From: Desulfatiglandales bacterium
GTDB taxonomy: Bacteria; Desulfobacterota; DSM-4660; Desulfatiglandales; Desulfatiglandaceae
Direction of reading: 5' to 3'
Assembly: GCA_963666345.1 (NCBI GenBank)
Contig: OY762721.1
Location: 2,624,001-2,688,000 of the forward strand
Length of the DNA stretch: 64,000 nt
The notes beneath the pieces were generated by a model. The model was not told the origin of the DNA and made no database searches. It saw nothing but the letters and a program-made list of their open reading frames with translations. The translations under genes and the position numbers were made by a program. Every line of letters starts with the position of its first letter. Position 1 is the stretch's first letter. This document shows, in pieces, positions 11,936 through 20,832 of the stretch.

Positions 11936-12051
11936 TAACAATTTTGGTAAAATAAGCGGGTTTGTTTCGGGCTTTTCATTAAAAACATCTTGTAGTTGTT
12001 TTGATAAACTGAGTTGAGTGGTTATTGTAATATGAGATGTCAAGGGTTGAC

Positions 12052-12193
12052 GGCTTTGTAAAAAGACCGCCGCTCGTCGGGTTCATGGCCCTGAGTCAAG
12101 TCGAAGGGCTGGAGCTTGGTGCCCCGGAAGATCAGGACTCGGCGGGAGAACCTTTTACCGTGCCGTCTCAATTTTGATTTTTTACGGATGTAT
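12052..12193. repeat. MITE/REP-like intergenic element
   Basis: Ends GGCTTTGTAAAAAG...TTTTTACGGATGTAT match the element at 34490-34536; internal GCCCTGAG..CGAAGGGC matches 38135-38154 (minus strand). Confidence 0.5.
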
Positions 12194-12231
12194 GGAAGTT
12201 ATCTAAAACGAAAAAGAGGAATAGTTTTAAT

Positions 12232-14067
12232 ATGGATATTGTAGAAATTTTCAAGAAACGAACCAGACACCCTTTCAGACCCAGGGCTTCCAATATAATA
12301 AGCGAAATCTTCACCGATTTTCAACCCTATTCGTATAACGGAGCATCCCTTATAGGAGGGTCCTGCCATTTCATGGATAAAAAGCTCTTTGTGATAGGGC
12401 AGCAAAAGCCGACTCCTGAGGATCTGAAGAGCAGCAAAGATCTGCAAAAATTAAACTACGGCATGCTCACCTCAGATGACCATTCTTTTATCTTGAATGT
12501 CTTAAAAGAGGCCAAGGCCTCAGACCGTGAGAATACTTATATTTTCACTATTATAGATACCTACGGTGCTGATATCTCGATGTATTCGGCCCAGAGGTTT
12601 CAGGCCTTCTTTATCGGGCATCTTATAAGGGAATTCCTTACTATCCCGTTGAGGACGATTTCTCTCGTCCTTGGTGAGGGGGGCAGCGGGGGTGCCGTTG
12701 CCATACAGGCGACCGATATAAGGGGTCAGATGGAGGACGCCCTGTATGCTACCGCACCACCGGAGAGCACCGCGTCCATAGTGTTCAGAGATGCCAGCAG
12801 AATTAAGGACGCCCTTACAATCCTTAGGCCTACCGCCAAGGAACTGAAGTCTCTGAATGTCATAGACCGTATAGTTCCTGCGGCGGAAGATGTTACAAAA
12901 TGCGACGAGATGGCGGGAAATATCAAGCTGTTTCTTTCAAAGGCCATCAAGGATTTGTCCAGGTCGAGAATAAAGAAGCTGATTAAAAAGAGGGAAATTA
13001 CCGCCAAGAAGCATGGCCTTTCAAAGGGAAGCGGCACCTTTTTCGATATCAAAAGATATATTGAAAAACCTATAAAAAAGGCATTCAGAAAACCGCCTCC
13101 GGATATTCAGATTGTTAACTATTCAAGCCTTACTGAAGTAGGTGACGAATATGGGGATATAAATGTCCGAACGGCCGGTGAATTTATCGAATGCGGGGCC
13201 AGAAGAGGTGGAGGTAAGAGGATCGGCGGCTGCGGGAAAATGATTCCCCTGAAGGAATTGATCGATAACTTCAATGTGTGTCCTGAATGCGGGTATTCAT
13301 ATACCCTTGATGCCACAGGCTGGATCGATTGCATGGTCGATACCGGTACATTCCATGAGCTTTACAGAAACCTGAATGTCGACCAGCTTCTTGCTGAGGA
13401 TTCGATTACCGGTTATTATCGCGATTTCCTGGCAAAGCAGGAGGGCCGAAGCCATTTCAAGGAGTCTCTTGTCGTGGGAAGCGCCCGGGTCAATCAGTTC
13501 CATGTTACGATGGCTATCAGCGCGTTTTACTATTGCGGCGGTTCCATGGGGGTGGTATTCGGAGAAAAATTCAGACGGGCGGTTGATTTCGCCATTCAGG
13601 AAAATACCCCATTTATAAGCCTATGTTGCTCAGGAGGCGCAAGGCTCTATGAAGGAACTTCGGCCCTGATGCAGATGGTAAAGACGGTGGAGTCCGTAAA
13701 CAGGCTGAAAAGGCACGGCCTGCCCTACATATCGATCCTTGCCGATCCGGCCACAGGCGGCGCTATCGCCAGCTACGCCGCGTTGGGAGACATAACGATT
13801 GCTGAGCCGGGCGCCCTTGTAATATTTGCCGGTCCCAGGGTTATGCAGTCAAGGGGATTTGATGTGGATGAAAAGCTTGTGCGATCAGACTATCTGCACG
13901 AGCTTTCAAGGGATATCTATAAGGATCTGGATTATTTCCATGACATCCGGGGCATACAGGAGATCTGTGAAAGAAAGAATATGAAATCATGTCTTTCGAA
14001 ATATCTTGAGCTTTATTCGAGAACAGCCTTAAGAAGCAAGGGCAGGGGAAAGAAGCGAGGTGAGTGA
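12232..14067 (+). CDS. Fused acyl-CoA carboxyltransferase, AccA-like N-terminus plus AccD-like C-terminus
   Basis: IDTYGA and GEGGSGGA (alpha); C..C..CPEC zinc finger, GGSMGVVFGEK, SGGARLYEG, DPATGG (beta). Confidence 0.85.
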   Translation: MDIVEIFKKRTRHPFRPRASNIISEIFTDFQPYSYNGASLIGGSCHFMDKKLFVIGQQKPTPEDLKSSKDLQKLNYGMLTSDDHSFILNVLKEAKASDRENTYIFTIIDTYGADISMYSAQRFQAFFIGHLIREFLTIPLRTISLVLGEGGSGGAVAIQATDIRGQMEDALYATAPPESTASIVFRDASRIKDALTILRPTAKELKSLNVIDRIVPAAEDVTKCDEMAGNIKLFLSKAIKDLSRSRIKKLIKKREITAKKHGLSKGSGTFFDIKRYIEKPIKKAFRKPPPDIQIVNYSSLTEVGDEYGDINVRTAGEFIECGARRGGGKRIGGCGKMIPLKELIDNFNVCPECGYSYTLDATGWIDCMVDTGTFHELYRNLNVDQLLAEDSITGYYRDFLAKQEGRSHFKESLVVGSARVNQFHVTMAISAFYYCGGSMGVVFGEKFRRAVDFAIQENTPFISLCCSGGARLYEGTSALMQMVKTVESVNRLKRHGLPYISILADPATGGAIASYAALGDITIAEPGALVIFAGPRVMQSRGFDVDEKLVRSDYLHELSRDIYKDLDYFHDIRGIQEICERKNMKSCLSKYLELYSRTALRSKGRGKKRGE

Positions 14068-14074
14068 AAGCCTC

Positions 14075-14347
14075 CTATTTTTCCTCACTGTTTTTTTCAA
14101 GAAGATCACGCAGGGCCGGTTTGACATAGATCCTGCTTAAATCGAAGCGTTTAAGGGCCCTTTTAAGGGCCCTGACCTTTTGTTCCAGGGAAATTTGTTT
14201 GTTTATGATGATTGTGTGTTTTCCCCTTATCCTGCAAAGCCCCCCGGTCATACTCGCCTTTTCGCCTTCCATCCGCTCATAACGTATGGAGATATCGAGC
14301 GACTGTGCAAGTTCTTCAAGACGATGCAAGAGAGTCGGTTCGTCCAC
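14075..14347 (-). CDS. Small hypothetical protein
   Basis: 90-aa ORF with AGGAG RBS; GGLCRIRG motif. Confidence 0.65.
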   Translation of the reverse strand: MDEPTLLHRLEELAQSLDISIRYERMEGEKASMTGGLCRIRGKHTIIINKQISLEQKVRALKRALKRFDLSRIYVKPALRDLLEKNSEEK

Positions 14348-14560
14348 GGGATATCTCCTGGCGCGTTATCAATTGTCTGGTTGAAGAAGCGTTACTTGTT
14401 TTAAGTTAAAAAGCTCCTGCCCGGAGGCGCCCTTTAAAATGCCTGAAGTGAGATAAAGTGACTGGAGTGCGTAATGTTATGGAATTTGGCTTCCCCAATC
14501 CGGTTTGGAAAATCAACCTTTCCATCTCCTTATAAACGGGCAGATAATTAAATCAAGGAC

Positions 14561-15745
14561 CTATTCCTTATCCCCTACAGGAAACACCAGAACCAGAATA
14601 AAACCCGCAAAAGCCAACAGGCCGCAGGATGTAAAAAGGGTTTCCAGACCGGCCGTGTGAACGATCCAGCCCGACAAATAGGCCCCCGTAAAAAAACCGG
14701 TGTCATAAACGGCCGTAAAGGTAGACATGGCAAGAGATTTTTCCCTTCCGGTACCTTGAGCCGCGGCCAGTGCGTTATGGACGGGGAATAGAAACCCGAT
14801 TCCCGCTCCCATAAGTATGGCTGAAACCGGAAACAATCGTGATCCTATCATAAAAGGTATAAGTATGATGCCGCATGCAAAAAAAGGATATAATGAGCGA
14901 AGAAAAAGGGTCCTGCCGAAACGGTCGATAACCTTTCCGGAACAGATCAATATCACCAGTGCCGTTAAAAAGGTGACAAAAAAGAATTTCCCGCTTGTCG
15001 TTCCCTTTTGTTCGGAAAGCAGCGCCAGAAAGTTTATCACACTGGCCTGGCAGTGAGAGAAAAGAAGGGTTGAAAGCAGAAGCATAAGGTAGGAGGGGGA
15101 AGTTATGAGGCCAAGGAAATATGCCTTTTTCACCCTTTTTTCCATTTTGTCTGATGAGATGCCTCTATCGAGCCTGGACGCGCAAAACCATCCCAGTGCC
15201 CCCATTAAGGCGGCCGTAAAATAGAGTGTATGAAAACCTGCGTGGTAGACAATAAATTCACCGGCCGGTGGCGCAAGGGCAATCGAGGCCATAATGGAGA
15301 CGCCTATAAATGAAAAACCCTGAGCCCTCATGAAACCCGGAATTCTTCTGGCTGCGATGGAAAATGATGCGGCGATAAAGCAGGAAAAGCCCAATCCATG
15401 AAGTATCCTGAGTAAAAGTAATGAAGTTCCATAGGAACTTATCAGGTTGTAAAAAAGTGTTGAAAGGAAAAGCAGCAAAAGACCGAGGCAGAGCACCGGA
15501 TATTCGCCTTTGGCGGCTGATGCCTTACCTAAAAGGGGCCTTGAGACAACCGCTGAAAGTGAAAATATCCCCATTGCAAAGCCGATTTGCCTAGGGCCGG
15601 CACCGAATTTTTCAAGAGCCAGAGGGTAGAGATAGAAAAAACCGACATTTGAAAATACGAAGAAAAAAGACAGGAGCAAGAATATGAATTGAAATTCAAA
15701 GATCGATGAAAACCGGCCTTCTCTTGTTGTCTCTTTCAGGTTCAA
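14561..15745 (-). CDS. MFS transporter
   Basis: About 12 hydrophobic segments; GKVIDRFGR motif-A-like loop. Confidence 0.9.
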   Translation of the reverse strand: MNLKETTREGRFSSIFEFQFIFLLLSFFFVFSNVGFFYLYPLALEKFGAGPRQIGFAMGIFSLSAVVSRPLLGKASAAKGEYPVLCLGLLLLFLSTLFYNLISSYGTSLLLLRILHGLGFSCFIAASFSIAARRIPGFMRAQGFSFIGVSIMASIALAPPAGEFIVYHAGFHTLYFTAALMGALGWFCASRLDRGISSDKMEKRVKKAYFLGLITSPSYLMLLLSTLLFSHCQASVINFLALLSEQKGTTSGKFFFVTFLTALVILICSGKVIDRFGRTLFLRSLYPFFACGIILIPFMIGSRLFPVSAILMGAGIGFLFPVHNALAAAQGTGREKSLAMSTFTAVYDTGFFTGAYLSGWIVHTAGLETLFTSCGLLAFAGFILVLVFPVGDKE

Positions 15746-15923
15746 ATCTTAATCCCCCTGATCTTGTTAAGACAGTAAACAAAAGATATGCCAATTGACC
15801 AACTAATCGGGAGAAGATCCACAAATATTTGCGGGCTCCATGTCAGGATTCCAGTGGAACGGCTGTTTAAAGTAAAATGCAAAGGTGTCCGGGGCATCGG
15901 AGCGGCGGTTCTCCCTTTATCCT

Positions 15924-16238
15924 CTAAAGTTGATTTCCGCAAAAAGGGCAAAATCTGAATCCCTCACTGATCACGGCGCCGCAGTTTGGGCATTTCGGCG
16001 GCGTGTCGAACGCATGAGTGTGCGCGTAATCGGTTGATCCATCTGAAATAGTACCACACCGCCGGCACTCGACAAAATTCTCACCCTTTTTAACCCTGAA
16101 CAGCGGCAAAAAAAACAGAGACAGGTAATGATCGGTACGTTTGAGCATGGCCTGGTAAAGTCCGCAGGACGGGCATCTTCTGGGCCGGTCTTCGATTTTT
16201 ACGGTCTTGGGCTGTATCCCTGCAATAAAGAAAAACAT
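15924..16238 (-). CDS. Zinc-ribbon domain protein
   Basis: CPSC, LFFLPLF, CRRC, CPNC, CPFCG. Confidence 0.8.
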   Translation of the reverse strand: MFFFIAGIQPKTVKIEDRPRRCPSCGLYQAMLKRTDHYLSLFFLPLFRVKKGENFVECRRCGTISDGSTDYAHTHAFDTPPKCPNCGAVISEGFRFCPFCGNQL

Positions 16239-16785
16239 GTATTCAAAAGTCTCCGATCCTGGAGTTTGAAAAGATGGTACCGGTAAAACAGAGATAGAAT
16301 ATTACAACAAGCCGTGTCCGGCCTCCAGGATAAATTTTGTCTTTGCTCGATGGATCTATGAAATCGGCCTTATCTGTGCCTAACGTAGAAGTTCCCGCAT
16401 CCACGGGCTTTTGTAACCGTTACCTGTGCTGAGAGGGCACCCGGGAGGAAAGGCCCTGCCTGCGCTGCGGTTGGCTGTGGTATTTTCCGTGAGACAAGGG
16501 CTGCGGAAAGTGCCCCGGCGCATGCGTTTGTAAGCTGGCGGCTGGTGGCATAAAAATGGGCAGGGGGAGTCTTTTCGAAAAAAAATTAAAGCAGACCCCG
16601 GTTTGCGGCCTTCTGAAAAACAGGTGGCGGTCATGTAAGGGATTTTTACAGGGTAGGCAGAATATGATATGCTGATATTTATCTCTTTGACCTATTAAAG
16701 ACAGGCCTGCCTCGGCAGCGCTGCATCATGATTTTTCATTCCAAGGTATATTTGATATGGACTTAAAACGCGGGGTTGGCAGAGT

Positions 16786-17835
16786 ATGGGAAAGACAGGT
16801 ATTCTAAGAGACGAGAGATTCCTGGATCACAGACCCGGGCCTTTTCATCCTGAAAGCCACAAACGGCTGAAGGCCTTGTATGCCATGCTTGATGAACCTG
16901 ATATGGAAGGAAGATTTTCCGCGATACCTGCAAGGCACGCAAGTAAAGAAGAGCTTCTTTTTATTCATTCCCCTTCTTATATTGAAATGATCGGAAAAAC
17001 AGCCGGGAAACCGCACCGTTTCCTGGACCCTGATACTTCGACTTCTGAAGGCTCCTATGAGGCTGCCCTGCTTGCTGCCGGAGGATTTTGTAACTCTATT
17101 TCCATGGTGACCGCCGGTGATCTGGATAATGCCTTCGCCCTTGTGAGGCCTCCGGGCCATCATGCGGAAAATGGCAGGGCAATGGGTTTCTGCCTCTTTA
17201 ATAACGTAGCAATCGGGGCACGATACGCCCAAAGGGTTTTGGGCCTCAGGAAAATAGCCGTCGTAGACTGGGATCTGCACCATGGAAACGGGACCCAGCA
17301 CGCATTTGAGCATGACCCCACTGTCCTTTATTTTTCTACCCATCAATATCCCTACTATCCCGGAAGCGGGGCATTCGAACAGGTGGGTAAAGAAAACGGG
17401 AGGGGGTTCACGGTTAATGTGCCTCTTTCAACAGGGCATGGTGACGGAGAATACGCCGCTATATTTGAAATGATTCTCAAGCCTGTTGTGCTTGAGTTTG
17501 ACCCGGATCTCATACTGGTTTCAGCCGGTTTTGACAATTACATACGTGACCCCCTGGGTTCCATGACGGTAACGGAAAAGGGCTTTGCCGTGATGACCTC
17601 CTGTCTCATGGATATCGCTGAAAAGTGCTGTAAGGGCAGGATAGCCATGACGCTTGAAGGCGGATATAATCTGACGGGACTTAGTGAATCCGTAAAGGCG
17701 GTTTTAAATGAAATGGCAGGAGTCACTTCGACCGAAAGGCAGGCCGCTATCTGTCTTGCAGACAGCACAATGCTCAATCGTGCCTTAAACGGAGTTCAAA
17801 GGGTGCACGGATCATCGTGGAAGGTGTCTAAGTGA
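16786..17835 (+). CDS. Zn-dependent histone deacetylase-family protein
   Basis: [38 protein letters not shown]. Confidence 0.95.
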   Translation: MGKTGILRDERFLDHRPGPFHPESHKRLKALYAMLDEPDMEGRFSAIPARHASKEELLFIHSPSYIEMIGKTAGKPHRFLDPDTSTSEGSYEAALLAAGGFCNSISMVTAGDLDNAFALVRPPGHHAENGRAMGFCLFNNVAIGARYAQRVLGLRKIAVVDWDLHHGNGTQHAFEHDPTVLYFSTHQYPYYPGSGAFEQVGKENGRGFTVNVPLSTGHGDGEYAAIFEMILKPVVLEFDPDLILVSAGFDNYIRDPLGSMTVTEKGFAVMTSCLMDIAEKCCKGRIAMTLEGGYNLTGLSESVKAVLNEMAGVTSTERQAAICLADSTMLNRALNGVQRVHGSSWKVSK

Positions 17836-18296
17836 ATAAACATGGCCCCTTTTTCTCGACAAGACAGGCCGGTAAGGCCGACTGCCGATACATAAAGTCT
17901 CTTGGCTGTGCCGTGTTCGATCTTTACGGCCCCTACGGGGAGATCCTTTCATCATGGTTTTCTTCCGAAATCACCTATACCGTTGTGGCATCGACCCAAG
18001 AGGGAATGTCAGGATTCGCAATGCTAGCCTTAACCTCCGGGATCGCAGAACTTCTCGCAATCGCGGTGGAACCGGACATGCGGGGGATGGGTGTAGGGGG
18101 TTTTCTCATGGATGAGGTGATCAGAAGGGCAAGACAGGGTAAGGTCAAGTATTTTATGCTTCACACCGCGGTTGATAACTCGGCAGCTCAGGGTCTGTTC
18201 GAAAAATATGGCTTTGTCCGTTCAGGCATAAGAGATGATTTTTATCCGAATGGACAGGACGCCTTTATAATGACCAGGCATATCTATGATGAATGA
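17832..18296 (+). CDS. GNAT (RimI-like) acetyltransferase
   Basis: [13 protein letters not shown] acetyl-CoA motif, [23 protein letters not shown] overlap with the HDAC stop. Confidence 0.85.
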   Translation: MNKHGPFFSTRQAGKADCRYIKSLGCAVFDLYGPYGEILSSWFSSEITYTVVASTQEGMSGFAMLALTSGIAELLAIAVEPDMRGMGVGGFLMDEVIRRARQGKVKYFMLHTAVDNSAAQGLFEKYGFVRSGIRDDFYPNGQDAFIMTRHIYDE

Positions 18297-18382
18297 CAGG
18301 TGCTTCCTGACGGGGAGCAGCGATTTTATCCACGATGCCTTTGTGGAATGTGAAATAAAATCCGATAAAACAGGAGAATGTA

Positions 18383-19102
18383 ATGAAGCAGGTTGCCGAA
18401 GGTGTGTTGTTTATTCCGGGAAGAGATGATCTGATACCCGATTCCCACACATACATAATAGGGGATCCTTTATCCGGAGATCTGAGCATGATAGACCCGG
18501 GGCTCATGGGCAAGGGAAGATACAAGCTCGAATCGGTAAAGAAGCTGGTAGACACATCCCGAATAAAAAGAGTCATAATGACTCATACTCATCTGGATCA
18601 TATAGGGTGCCTTTCCGAAATCCTTGAACAACTGCCGTGGGCGGAGCTGTGGGTCCACCGCATTGAGGGGGAGGCGCTCGAACAGGGAGATGAACGTACT
18701 GTCTACGGTATGGAAATGTTTAAAAACATGTGCCAGGCGCAGTACGGAATAAAATCAGGGGCCTTCAGGTTCAATGTGGACAGAAAGCTGGAAGAGGGGG
18801 AAAGGCTTAAGATCGGGGCCATGGAATGGGATGTGATGCATATCCCGGGGCATTCATCAGGGAGTATCGCGCTTTATAAAAGTGATTCCGGGATACTTAT
18901 CCCGGGAGACGTTGTTTATGCGGACTATGCTATCGGCCGTTTCGATCTTTACGGCGCGGACGGGGACGCGTTGAAGGGATCACTTAAGAGACTTGCCGGA
19001 CTGGACGTGAAAATCCTTCTCCCGGGGCATAATGAGATTGCTCATGATCTGCCTCCGGGATATATTTCCGAGACTCTGAGGCAATGGGAGCCGTATCTCT
19101 AG
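18383..19102 (+). CDS. Metallo-beta-lactamase-fold hydrolase
   Basis: THTHLDHIG, PGHS, GD, PGH. Confidence 0.9.
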   Translation: MKQVAEGVLFIPGRDDLIPDSHTYIIGDPLSGDLSMIDPGLMGKGRYKLESVKKLVDTSRIKRVIMTHTHLDHIGCLSEILEQLPWAELWVHRIEGEALEQGDERTVYGMEMFKNMCQAQYGIKSGAFRFNVDRKLEEGERLKIGAMEWDVMHIPGHSSGSIALYKSDSGILIPGDVVYADYAIGRFDLYGADGDALKGSLKRLAGLDVKILLPGHNEIAHDLPPGYISETLRQWEPYL

Positions 19103-19216
19103 CCTTCATCCGTAAATGGCCCTTTTGTCCGATATCAAAGGCAACCGATCGGAGAAGGATAAGACTGTTCAGCTTTTGATTTCCTGATGGATGTTAAACC
19201 GTAATTGTGGACAGGG

Positions 19217-20695
19217 TCATATTTTACGGTAGTGCACAAATCTTTCCACTTCCATCTTGAGCCAATCGGGCCAGAAGGCCTCGTCAATCGGGTAGCTTGC
19301 GTCCAGGGCCTGAAACGATCCCTCGCCCGCCACCTTTTTTATCCTTTCCTGGGTGTTGTACTTTACCTCGTCGACACCCACCAGTTTTGCCACGGCATGA
19401 TTGATTTCATCCAGGTCCTTGTCATAGGGGTTATCCCCTGTAAATGCGCGTTGCGCGGCAAGTTCCTTGATGCTTTCCTCTCCCCTGTGCCATTCCTTGA
19501 ATGAGGGGAAAAACATCGGGCCGTAAGAGATCCAGAACTCTATAAACCTGGCCCCGGCGTTGTATGTAACCCAGACTGAACCTCCCTCGCTGACCGTTCC
19601 CCTTACTATGCTGTCATCGCCCATTGCGATACTTCTGCCGCTCAGCAGGGAATCTATACCCCCGAATTTGAGCCCTACTTCCTGATTTCTTGTCTGTTTG
19701 GCACCCTCCTGGAAGGTCCTGACCGCCTGGGGCAGTTTTATCAGCGCCGGATAAAGGGGCTTTTTCAGGCCTTCTGCTATGCCGACCGATACACCCCAGC
19801 CTGACTCCGGGTTTGGTATTACAATGTCCGCTTTTGAACAATTATAGTATTCAGTAAGCTCAAGGCCGAGTTCTCTCCTGATCTGAAATATCTCCTTGCC
19901 TCTGAACCTGGATGCCACGTTTCCGTAATAGACTCCCTGGAAGATGTCGGGCGCCATAGGGGATTCCTTGAGGCGCCTGGTTTCGACCCCGCCTGAAGAG
20001 CATATGGTCATTTCCGCGCCGTCATACTCGTTTTCGGTAATTCCGTGCAGCCTTCTGTGAGAGCATGACTCCGAGCTGGCAATGAACATCCCGTCTATCG
20101 TGGCGTAACAGAAAGGCTCAAAGGCCTTTTCATCGTTAAGGGCCAGCAGGTAGACTTCTTTTCCCCTGTGCAGAAGACAGGTTATGGCAAAGGTTGCCCT
20201 GCCCTTTAGCCTTTCCAGAAGTCTGTGGCCCGCGGAAAAGACGATTCCTTCCTCTTCCAGGTACTTGTGAAAAAGGGCACCCACTATCTCGGTCTTATTA
20301 TCGGTCTGGATGCTGTATTCCGGTTCAATCTCGGCCCTGAGGTCGTCATCCCTTATGAGATAACCGTCCATAGTCAGTACCATGCTTATGGAACAGGATC
20401 TTTTGGGCTTTATTTCTATCGGTTCGGCATTGATTTTTTCCGCTATCTTCCTTTTCGTATACCCGATATTGCCTATGGCGGCTACAGGTTCCAGGTCTGT
20501 AAACGTCTTTATTATGTTGTAATCTATTACCTCGGCTATCCTTCCGAGCCCCTTGTGAACATAAAGGCCCTTTGAGGTCCCGATGGCAAGGCCGGTGCAG
20601 GCCTTGCCTCTGTGCTGGCAGGCGCCGGTGGCAAGAAAGGTCTTGGAAACCAGGTCCGCATCATTATGCGCATAGGTTCCTACGATTCCGTCCAT
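19217..20695 (-). CDS. PurF-like amidophosphoribosyltransferase homolog lacking the glutaminase catalytic residues
   Basis: QHRG, ASSESC, RTF and DDSIVRGT (PRPP loop) present; N-terminus is MDGIVG instead of MCGIVG. Confidence 0.8.
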   Translation of the reverse strand: MDGIVGTYAHNDADLVSKTFLATGACQHRGKACTGLAIGTSKGLYVHKGLGRIAEVIDYNIIKTFTDLEPVAAIGNIGYTKRKIAEKINAEPIEIKPKRSCSISMVLTMDGYLIRDDDLRAEIEPEYSIQTDNKTEIVGALFHKYLEEEGIVFSAGHRLLERLKGRATFAITCLLHRGKEVYLLALNDEKAFEPFCYATIDGMFIASSESCSHRRLHGITENEYDGAEMTICSSGGVETRRLKESPMAPDIFQGVYYGNVASRFRGKEIFQIRRELGLELTEYYNCSKADIVIPNPESGWGVSVGIAEGLKKPLYPALIKLPQAVRTFQEGAKQTRNQEVGLKFGGIDSLLSGRSIAMGDDSIVRGTVSEGGSVWVTYNAGARFIEFWISYGPMFFPSFKEWHRGEESIKELAAQRAFTGDNPYDKDLDEINHAVAKLVGVDEVKYNTQERIKKVAGEGSFQALDASYPIDEAFWPDWLKMEVERFVHYRKI

Positions 20696-20832
20696 ATTTC
20701 ATGTTCCTCCGGAAATGGTGTCCCAGGATAAGGGTTTTTCAGATGAGACGGCCATGTGTTACTGTTTCACCTGGTTGACGGGCCTTGCGGCTATTCATCC
20801 AAGGAAGCGGGACCGGTTCATTCGGTCCCGAA

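Noticed and set aside
14075..14347. Resemblance to the ImmA/IrrE metallopeptidase N-terminus
   Set aside because: No HEXXH motif and no adjacent HTH or phage genes.
16440..16520. RNase P-like words (GGGAGGAAAG, GGAAAGTGCC) and TPP-like CTGAGA
   Set aside because: The remaining conserved elements (AGTCCGGGC, ACAGAA.CCGGCTTA, TPP pyrophosphate arm) are missing.
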